From: Thermoplasmata archaeon
GTDB lineage: Archaea; Thermoplasmatota; Thermoplasmata; Lutacidiplasmatales; UBA184
Reading direction: 5' to 3'
DNA length: 64,000 nt
Assembly (NCBI GenBank): GCA_028864975.1
Contig: JAGWLG010000002.1
Coordinates: 32,001 to 96,000 of the forward strand
Part shown: positions 37,763 through 46,000 of the stretch, piece after piece
How the letters are laid out: every line of letters begins with the position of its first letter
Position numbering within the stretch: position 1 is the first letter of the stretch
Position numbers and translations under genes: made by a program
Notes under the pieces: model-generated
Told to the model about the DNA's origin: nothing
The model's input: only the letters and a program-made list of their open reading frames with translations
Database searches by the model: none

Positions 37763-38668
37763 ATGGCCGCGCACGAGGCTTCCGCCGTCGCCAAGCTGCC
37801 GACCGCACCGCGCACCCGCTTACAGGTCCCCGGGTCCGTGAACCAGGTCCTCAAGCTCACCCGGGCGCAGTTCGGCGAGTACCTCTCGTCGCGGCGGTTC
37901 GTGATCCTCGTGGGGATCGTCATCGCCATCGGGGGGATCCTGACCGCGGTGGTGGCCTACTTCCGCTCGAGCCTCGTCTCCTCGAGCTCGCTCGCCTTCT
38001 ACGGCTCCCTCTGGGGCGGCGCGGCAGGTTTCGTCATCGTCCTGGCCGCCGTCTTCTTCGGCGGGGACGCCATCGCCGGGGAGTTCCAGAACAAGACCGG
38101 CTACTTCCTCATGGGCCTTCCCATCCGCCGTTCTGTGGTCTACGTGGGGAAGTACATCGCGGCGCTGCTGGCCTCCCTCTGCGTGCTCTTCCTCTTCCTG
38201 GTGATCCTCCTGGCCAACGGCGCCTACTACTACGGCGGGAACGCCCTGCCCTGGCAGCTGCTCCCCTCGGTCCTTCTGGCCGTGGTCTACCTCTTCGCGG
38301 TCCTGGGAACCACCTTCTTGTTCAGTTCGCTCTTCAAAACGAGCGCGTACGGGTTCGTGCTGACGGCGATCCTCTTCCTCTTCGGGTTCACGCTCCTCCA
38401 GGACCTGGTCCAAGGCCTCGTGAAGATGGAGCCCTGGATGGTCATCTCCTACGCGAGCAGCGCCATCGGGGAGGTCTTCGCCCCGACGGTCAACTGGGGG
38501 CTCGGAGGAACGATCGTGTCGACGAGGATTCCCACCGGACCGGGTAGATTCGACACCGTGACCTCCTACACATCCGGCGTGGCCGAAGGTCTGGCGATCA
38601 TGCTGGCCTACTTCCTGATCACCGGGGTCGTCGGCCTCCTCCTCTTCGAGAAGGAAGAGTTCGCCTGA
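37763..38668 (+). CDS. ABC-2-type transporter permease
   Basis: About 6 TM segments; DAIAGEFQNKTGYFLMGLPIRRS-x-YVGKY. Confidence 0.88.
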   Translation: MAAHEASAVAKLPTAPRTRLQVPGSVNQVLKLTRAQFGEYLSSRRFVILVGIVIAIGGILTAVVAYFRSSLVSSSSLAFYGSLWGGAAGFVIVLAAVFFGGDAIAGEFQNKTGYFLMGLPIRRSVVYVGKYIAALLASLCVLFLFLVILLANGAYYYGGNALPWQLLPSVLLAVVYLFAVLGTTFLFSSLFKTSAYGFVLTAILFLFGFTLLQDLVQGLVKMEPWMVISYASSAIGEVFAPTVNWGLGGTIVSTRIPTGPGRFDTVTSYTSGVAEGLAIMLAYFLITGVVGLLLFEKEEFA

Positions 38669-38718
38669 CCTCTCGCGAACCTGTCAAGGACTCCACGGGC
38701 AGGTCGCCCGCCGATCGC

Positions 38719-39585
38719 TCAGGGCGTCAGGAGCTCGCAGCCGCCCTCGACAACCAGAAAGGTCCGTTCGGCCTGCGAGACCCAGCCGTGCCCCTCTTCA
38801 ACGAACACGGGGTAGGTCTGCAACCGCTTGCGGGCTTTGAGCAGCGCCGAGCGCAGCTCCGGCTCAGGCACCCAGCGGGCGCAGAACGGTAGGGTACGGA
38901 ACCGACCGAAAAGCTCCGAGAGTTCAGGGAACTTCTTCGCGGAGGGCGGCTCGCGGAACCTCATGATGTTCCCGAAGGCCCCGTTCCCGATACGCCCTGC
39001 GCCGTTCGTCGCGAACGGCTCGATCGCGACTACCTCCCCTGGTTCGAGACGGGCGGTGCTCATGCCCGTGACGTTCGGCACGGACTTGCCGGCGTGCAGG
39101 AGGTAGCTCTCGATGGTATGTCCCGTCAGGTTCTCGACCGGCTTGAACCCCAACGCGTGGATCGTTCGCTCGATGGCGCGGGAGAGGGTCATCGTCTCGA
39201 CCCCGGCCCGGAGCTCGCGCTCGGCCGCCTCCACCGCGCTGCGCGTCGCGGCAACGAGCGAGGCGTACTTTGTTGCGCCGACCTCGACCGTTGCGGCCGT
39301 GTCCGAGATCGCCCCGTCGAGATGGGCGCCCACATCGACCTTCACGACGTCCCCGACGGCGAAGCGCCGCATGTCCTCGGGGTCGGGGGTGAAGTGGGCG
39401 GCCTCGTCGTTGATTGACAGGTTCACGGGGAAGGCCGGCTGCCCGCCCTGGGAGCGGATGTACTTCTCGACCTCTTCGGCGACGTCCCGGCGCGAGGCCC
39501 CTTCGCGGATCATCCCGGCGCCCAGGTCCCGGGCCGCCCCTCCGATCTTGCCGGCCCGACGCCAGCGGTCCAGGTCCTTAGGCAT
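38719..39585 (-). CDS. map: Methionine aminopeptidase, type II
   Basis: AFPVNLSIND-AAHFTP, KVDVGAHLDG-ISDTA, NLTGH, LHAGKSVPN, AIEPFAT, SQAE (His to Glu-R variant of the usual QFEHT). Confidence 0.9.
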   Translation of the reverse strand: MPKDLDRWRRAGKIGGAARDLGAGMIREGASRRDVAEEVEKYIRSQGGQPAFPVNLSINDEAAHFTPDPEDMRRFAVGDVVKVDVGAHLDGAISDTAATVEVGATKYASLVAATRSAVEAAERELRAGVETMTLSRAIERTIHALGFKPVENLTGHTIESYLLHAGKSVPNVTGMSTARLEPGEVVAIEPFATNGAGRIGNGAFGNIMRFREPPSAKKFPELSELFGRFRTLPFCARWVPEPELRSALLKARKRLQTYPVFVEEGHGWVSQAERTFLVVEGGCELLTP

Positions 39586-39617
39586 GGGAGGAGCGCGAGC
39601 GGTCCTCGCCCTTATGA

Positions 39618-40178
39618 CTACCGTCGGGGGCGACGATGAGGGTGTGACCTCGTCAGATCGATGATCGTGGAGGGGCGCCCCGAGGGCGGAGGCGGCCCCG
39701 TCAGGTAGACCGCGACCTTGGCGCCGAACTGTCGACGCGCCTGCTGCACCGTTCGGCACGGAGGTCTTCCGTGGAGATTGGCCGACGTGGACGTGATCGG
39801 CCCCGCCCGCCGGGCGAGCTCACGCGCGATGGTGTGGTCAGGGACCCGAAGCCCTAGCGCGCCCCGCTTCCCGAAGAGGCCCGGTGGGAGTCGCCGTCGG
39901 GCGAGGGGGGTGGGCATCACAAGGACCGTGTAGGGACCAGGAAGGAGGGAACGTAGCTCACACCGCTGTCGGACGGTGAGGCGGGCATACTCCTCGACCT
40001 CCTCGACCGAGGAGAGGCCGACCGACATCGGGGCGCCCTCGGGTCGACGCTTGACCTGGACCAGGGACCTGACCGCATCGCTGCGAGGAAGAACTGCGAG
40101 GCCGAGGAGCGTATCCGTGGGGTAGAGCACGATCTTCCCCGCGCGCAGCGCCGTCAGGGCTCGGTCCATCTCGCTCAT
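39618..40178 (-). CDS. sua5: Threonylcarbamoyl-AMP synthase (Sua5/TsaC, short form)
   Basis: YPTDTLLGL, KRRP, LLPGPYT, LRVPDH, ITSTSANLHG, PSTIIDL. Confidence 0.88.
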   Translation of the reverse strand: MSEMDRALTALRAGKIVLYPTDTLLGLAVLPRSDAVRSLVQVKRRPEGAPMSVGLSSVEEVEEYARLTVRQRCELRSLLPGPYTVLVMPTPLARRRLPPGLFGKRGALGLRVPDHTIARELARRAGPITSTSANLHGRPPCRTVQQARRQFGAKVAVYLTGPPPPSGRPSTIIDLTRSHPHRRPRR

Positions 40179-40218
40179 GCGACGATCTCCCCCACGAACC
40201 CGGGTGGGGAGCTCCTCC

Positions 40219-40680
40219 TCAGAAGTAATCCTCGTCCACGCGGTGGTAGGAGACGTACTCCTTTTCGGAAAAGTACAGCGGAAGCTCCCGCTGGGCCGTG
40301 GGGACCGAGTCGGAGGCGTGGACCACGTTCGGCGTCAGCGCGAGGGCCAGGTCGCCACGGATCGTGCCGGGGGCGGACTCCCACGGCTTGGTCGCGCCGT
40401 TCATGGCACGCACGACCGCGACCGCGTTCCTCCCTTCCACCGCTAGGGCGAGCACCGGGGCCGAGGTGATGAACTTCACGAGCTCGGGGAAGAAGGGCTT
40501 CGCCTTGTGCTCCTCGTAGTGCTTCTCGGCGAGATCCTTGGGGATCTGCATGAGCTTCGCGGCGACGACCTTGAGGCCCCGCCGCTCGTAACGGGAGAGG
40601 ACCTCTCCCATGAGGCCGCGGCGGACGCCGTCGGGTTTGACCAGGACGAGGGTTCGCTCCTTCGCCGCTTCGCCGGGCAT
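40219..40680 (-). CDS. ndk: Nucleoside diphosphate kinase
   Basis: ERTLVLVKPDGVRRGL, PGTIRGD, NVVHASDS (catalytic His). Confidence 0.95.
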   Translation of the reverse strand: MPGEAAKERTLVLVKPDGVRRGLMGEVLSRYERRGLKVVAAKLMQIPKDLAEKHYEEHKAKPFFPELVKFITSAPVLALAVEGRNAVAVVRAMNGATKPWESAPGTIRGDLALALTPNVVHASDSVPTAQRELPLYFSEKEYVSYHRVDEDYF

Positions 40681-40767
40681 GGCCCGCCGAGGAGTGACCT
40701 CCCTCAAGAGGTTTCCGACCTTCGGGCCACCTAGGCTCAAATCCTCCGGGCCCGCTCCCGCGGCTCT

Positions 40768-41598
40768 ATGTCCGGGACGGGTTCGCCCCTCTCCCCAGAG
40801 CAGGTCAAGGAGCGGACACGCGAGATCTGGTCCTCGGGCGACTTCCAAGCGATCACCGACATGGTGACCATCCATGTGGTCCCGGAGCTCGTTCGCTTCG
40901 CTGGGATTAGGAAGGGCCAGAGGGTCCTCGACGTGGGGACGGGCACGGGAGCCGTGGCGCTGGCCGCGCGCCGGGCAGGGGCCGAGGTGACCGCCTGCGA
41001 CCTCACCCCGAGCATGATCGAGCGGGCGAGAGAGAACGCAAGGCTCGCCAAGCTGGACGGGATCCACTTCGAGGTGGGGGACTGCGAGGCCCTGGCCTTC
41101 CCCGACGCGAGCTTCGACCAGGTCCTCTCGCAGTTCGCCCACATCTTCGCGCCCCGACCCGAGACCGCCGCGAGCGAGATGCTCCGCGTGCTCAAGCCCG
41201 GTGGGAGGATCGCCTTCGCGGCCTGGACACGCGAGGGCGGGCACGCCGCGACGGCCGCGGTGGCCAAGAAGCACGGGCTGGTGCCGAAGGGCGTGCCCGA
41301 CATGCTCCATTGGGGGGACGAGAGGACCGTGCGCGAGCGGCTCGGGCCCGGGGTCCGCGACCTCCAGTTCCGGCGCGGAGCGTTCCGGTGGCGGATGATG
41401 AGCCCCCGACACCTCCTGGAGTTCAACCTGAAGAACACCGGTCCCGTGGCCAGATCGTACACCTCGTTCGGAGAGGACGTTGCGCGGAGGGAAGCGTGGC
41501 TCCACGACCTGGAGCTGGCCTACGCGACAGGCGCCGACCACGTCGGCGCGAACTTCCCGATGCACTACCTCTTGACGCGGGCAACGAGGGCCGGGTAG
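40768..41598 (+). CDS. Class I SAM-dependent methyltransferase
   Basis: VLDVGTGTG, GDCEALAFPDASFDQVLSQF, RVLKPGGRI. Confidence 0.9.
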   Translation: MSGTGSPLSPEQVKERTREIWSSGDFQAITDMVTIHVVPELVRFAGIRKGQRVLDVGTGTGAVALAARRAGAEVTACDLTPSMIERARENARLAKLDGIHFEVGDCEALAFPDASFDQVLSQFAHIFAPRPETAASEMLRVLKPGGRIAFAAWTREGGHAATAAVAKKHGLVPKGVPDMLHWGDERTVRERLGPGVRDLQFRRGAFRWRMMSPRHLLEFNLKNTGPVARSYTSFGEDVARREAWLHDLELAYATGADHVGANFPMHYLLTRATRAG

Positions 41599-41607
41599 GG
41601 AAGCCGC

Positions 41608-42105
41608 CTACGCGGCGGGCTTCTCGTCCTTCTTGGGCTCTGCCGCGGGCGTTGGTTTCTTCGCGACCGGGGCGGGCTTGGGCGCCGCGGGCTTCGCCGC
41701 CGCGGCGGCCGGGGCGGCCGCGGGAGCCGTCTTGTTGACGGTGGCCGGAGCGGCGGAAGGCTTCGGGGCGGCGGGCTTGGTCGCAGGCGCAGATGACCCC
41801 TTAGGTGCCGCAGGCTTGGCGGGCACGACCACCTTGGGCTTCGTGGCGGCGGGCGCCGCGGGCTTCGCCCCGGGTTTGGCGCCCGGCTTGGCCGCCGCGA
41901 CATGCGTCCCTTTCGCCTGCTCGACCTTCAAAGCGTGGGCGCGCGTCCACTTCCACTGGTGGCCCACCCGATGGTAGGTGAGCTGGTGCTTTCGGCATGT
42001 CCCCGAGCAGAAGTAGAAGACCGACCCGTCGCGCTTGACGAACATCACGCCGCGACCAGGTTCGATCTCTCCCGCGCAGAAGCTGCATTGGCGTTTCGCG
42101 ACCAT
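41608..42105 (-). CDS. rpl24e: 50S ribosomal protein L24e with long Ala/Pro/Lys tail
   Basis: CSFCAGEIEPGRGVMFVKRDGSVFYFCSGTCRK, WTR. Confidence 0.92.
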   Translation of the reverse strand: MVAKRQCSFCAGEIEPGRGVMFVKRDGSVFYFCSGTCRKHQLTYHRVGHQWKWTRAHALKVEQAKGTHVAAAKPGAKPGAKPAAPAATKPKVVVPAKPAAPKGSSAPATKPAAPKPSAAPATVNKTAPAAAPAAAAAKPAAPKPAPVAKKPTPAAEPKKDEKPAA

Positions 42106-42141
42106 GGTCCGACCCCGATCTCTCCTTCTCGTGGAATTGGC

Positions 42142-42354
42142 TCACCGTACGGTGAGCTTGCGGGCCTCGCGCGCGGTCTCGCGCAGGATCAGAACGTCGC
42201 CGATCCGGACCGGGCCCATGACGTTGCGTGTGATGATCTTCCCGCGGTCGCGCCCGGCGAGGACCCGGACCTTGACCTGCGTCGCCTCCCCGGCCATGCC
42301 GGTCCGGCCGACGAGCTCGACCACTTCCGCGGGGGAACCTTTCTCTTCGGGCAT
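42142..42354 (-). CDS. rps28e: 30S ribosomal protein S28e
   Basis: [40 protein letters not shown]. Confidence 0.95.
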   Translation of the reverse strand: MPEEKGSPAEVVELVGRTGMAGEATQVKVRVLAGRDRGKIITRNVMGPVRIGDVLILRETAREARKLTVR

Positions 42355-42395
42355 CGGGCGACCTCAGGACCTCGATCGTGCGTGGGGAGCTCCGC

Positions 42396-42767
42396 TCATT
42401 TCTTGAGCGAGCCGAAGGACTGGGAGAGCTCCTCGAGCAGGGCCTTCCCCTCGCCGGGCTCGACGACAGCGACGCTGGCCGCGCTCTTCGAGAGACCGGC
42501 GACCTGGCCCAGCCGCTGCTTCTTCTGGACGTAGAGGTAGGGGATGTGCTTCTCCTCGCATAGCATGGGGATGTGGACCAGGATCTCGGCCGGGTCGACG
42601 TCCTCGGCCATGACGACCATCTTGGCCTCGGAGCGCTCCGAGCTCTTCGTGACCTCGTTGGTCCCCACGCGGACCTTCCCGGTCTCGCGGGCGACCTGCA
42701 CGAGCTGCAGGGCCTTGTCGGCGATCTCTTGGGGCGTCTCGAAGCGAACGAATACGGGTCGCGCCAT
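42396..42767 (-). CDS. rpl7ae: 50S ribosomal protein L7Ae
   Basis: GKVRVGTNEVTK, AEDVDPAEILVHIPMLCEEK, LGQVAGL. Confidence 0.95.
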   Translation of the reverse strand: MARPVFVRFETPQEIADKALQLVQVARETGKVRVGTNEVTKSSERSEAKMVVMAEDVDPAEILVHIPMLCEEKHIPYLYVQKKQRLGQVAGLSKSAASVAVVEPGEGKALLEELSQSFGSLKK

Positions 42768-42840
42768 GGTGTTCCTCGCGTCAGCGGGACCCCCTCTCGA
42801 GGGTTCCTCGGCTCACGGGACGGGTCGCTAGGTCGATTCG

Positions 42841-42847
42841 TATTTAA
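42841..42847 (-). promoter_or_regulatory. Putative TATA box of the rpl7ae-rps28e-rpl24e operon
   Basis: TTAAATA on the minus strand, about 75 nt upstream of the rpl7ae ATG. Confidence 0.55.
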
Positions 42848-43055
42848 CGGCTAGGAGAGCGACCTCCTCGGGGGGCGCCGGGGCTTCGGAGGGGCCCCCG
42901 TCCCGGACCACGACCGCAGGCTCCCCGTTTCGAGGAGAGTCGGCGCCCGGGCCTCACCGGTCCGAGGGTATGGCCTGCCGAGACCCGGTTCGACAAAGGA
43001 ATCGCGTTATCAAGGGGAAGTTGGATGGGCCTCGGCGGCCAGCGTCTGACCCGGG

Positions 43056-46000
43056 ATGGCAAGGAACATGCAGAGGACAAGAACGAACTACGCCGAAGTT
43101 GCGACGATCGCGCTCCTGGGCCTGGTGCTCCTGGGACTCCTCACGCCTGGACCGCTCCGTTCCATGGTCGCCCAAGGCGCGCAAGGGGCCGCTCCCACGC
43201 CCGTCGCCGTCGGGGCGCTGCAGGCCGCCTCGGCCGGCGCGGGGCAGGGGGCCCCCTACGCGGTACATGGGGTCTCGCTCCACCCGCTCAGCGTCGGGGC
43301 TTCGGCCTCGGTAGGGACCTCCCGGGCCCCCCTGGCCTCCGGGGCTTCCCTCGCGGCGGAAGGACCTTCAGCCTCCGTCCCGAACGCCATCAGCCTGGGA
43401 AGCAGCTGGGCCGGGATCAACGCGGCCACCGGTTGCGCCTGTTTCCCACCAGATGGAGCGGAGGGGGAAGGCAACGGCTACGTCGTCCAATCGGTGAACC
43501 TGTGGTACCATGTCTGGACCACGGGAGGGACGTCGCAGTGGAGCGAGTCCGCGTCGACCTTCTTTGGCACGAGCGATGGCCTCTCAGACCCCAAGGTCTT
43601 CTACGACAACCAGACCTCGCGCTGGTTCACCTCGTTCCTTGATGTGACCAACAACCACCTGTGGATTGCGGTCTCCAAGACCTCGACGCCCACGCAGGGA
43701 ACGAGCAACTGGGTCATCTCCGACCTTCCAGGACCATCGAACGGGGACCTCCCGGACCAACCGATCCTCGGGGTGGACGCGAACAACGTGGTCCTTTCCA
43801 CGAACGATTTCTCCTCGACGGCCTTCGACGGCGCCGAGGTCTTCGTTGTCAACAAGACCGCCGTAATGGGGTCCGCCCAGACCGCGTGGGGCTGGACGTG
43901 GGGTCCCAACAATAACTATGGTTCGATGCATCCTGCCTACCACCTCGACGCGACGAACACGATGTGGTTCGCCACCACCTGTGGAGGGGCTGGGACCAAC
44001 TGCACCTGGCCGATTGCTGTTGGGAAGCTCACGGGCTCGCCTCCCGCGACCCCGAACTTCGTGGTCTACAACTACTGGACCTGGACGAACTCGTCTTCAC
44101 AGCTCCCGCCCGCCGTGGGATTCCAGAAGGGGAGCACGGTCAAGCTCGACACCGGCGATGACCGGGTGAGCTCCGCCACCTGGACGAACGGGGTCCTCTG
44201 GGTCGCCGCGGACGACAGCTGTCGCGCCAGCACCGGCTTCGCGAGCTGCCTGCACCTCTGGTCCTTCTCCACCTCCGCCGGCACGCCGAGTAAGGTCCAG
44301 GACTTCAAGTGGGAGGACAAGGCGAACAGCTTCGACGGCTACCCTTCCGTCATCATCGACAAGTACGGGAACGTCGGCGTCTCCTTCGAAGAGGCGAGCA
44401 ACGCGACGTTCCCCAGCACGTACGTCACGGGGCAGGCCACGAGCGACCCTGTCAATACCCTAGAAGCGGCTACGCTCGCGAAGGCGGGGGGCGGAGCGAT
44501 CACCGCGACCCAGAGCAACTTCTGCGCCGGGGTGATCACCTGCGCCCGATGGGGGGACTATTCGGGCTCGTCGGTCGACCCCACCAACCGGAATCAGTTC
44601 TGGATGGAAGCAGAGGACGGCCCGGGGGCCGGCGATAGCTACTGGGCGACGTGGGTCCAGGAGTTCCAGTTCCCATACCCAAGTGGTACCCCCACGGTCA
44701 ACTTCGCCCTCTCCCCGGCGAGCGGGGCGGGCTCGATCTCCTTCAACAGCGTGACCTACTACAACGGCGGCTCGACCAGCATCGCGACGGGGTCCTACCC
44801 TCTGTCCGCGACCACGAACGCCGGATGGCACTTCTCCTCCTGGTCGACGACGGGAGGTCTCTCCGTGGGGGCGAGCGGGCTCACCGTCTCCTCCTCCGGT
44901 ACGCTTACCGCGACCTACACGCAGTACGCCAAGGTGACCTTCGCGATCAACCGTGCCGCCTGCGGGCCGATCACGTTCAACAGCACGACCCAGGCCAACG
45001 CTTCGAGCGCGTCGTACTACACGTCGAGCTCGCCGTTCACGGCGAGCATCCCTGCGTGCGGAGGTGAAACGTTCAGCTCTTGGGCCGTGACGGGCGGAGT
45101 GAGCGTCGGCTCGCCGACCGCGCTCAGCACCTCCGTCACGCTCACGGACAACGGGACGCTCACCGCGAACTTCGTAACGGGCTCTGTCGACGTGGTCACG
45201 GTGGCGATTGCCCCTGGTGCGGGGGACGGTTACGTCACGCTCAGTGGAACCCCCTACTTCAACGGGAACACGGCGAACCTCGCCGCGGGGAGCTACCCGC
45301 TCGCGTTCGCAGCGTCACCGGGTTGGGCGTTCTCGACGTGGTCGGCCACGGGCGGCCTCACCATCGGGGCCGGGACCCTGGCTGTAAGCTCCTCGGGGAC
45401 CCTCACGGTCACCTTCGTGCAAGACCCGACGCTCAGCTTCACGGTGAGCCCAACCTCCTGCCAGCCGATCACCTTCAATGGCAGCACGCCCTGGAACAGC
45501 GGGACGTCGGGGAGCTTCTACACCTCGGGGAGCCCGTACACCGCGTCCGTCGCGGCGTGCTCCGGGTACAGCTTCAGTTCGTGGAGCACTACTGGAGGAG
45601 TAGCCGCCGGCAGCCCCTCCGCCACGAGCACGCCGGTCACGCTGACCGACAACGGCACCCTGACCGCGACGTTCACCGCTTCGTCGGGTGTGACGGTGTC
45701 GTTCACGATCTCCCCCGCGTCGCCCTCGTCGGGCGGATCGGTCACCCTGAACGGCGTGACGTACTACAATGGAGGGTCGGTCTCTATCGCCACGGGGACC
45801 TACACGCTCTCCCAGACCCCCGCCCCCGCCTTCCGGTTCTCCTCGTGGGCCTTCGCCGGTGGGGTCGCGCTCTCGGGCGGCAGCTTGGTCGTGACCGGCG
45901 CCGGGACGGTCACTGCGAACTACGTAGCGGTCTACGGGGTGGCCTTCTCCGTGGCCCCCGCCGCGTGCGCCGCCACCTCGGAGGTCCAGTTCAACGGGAC

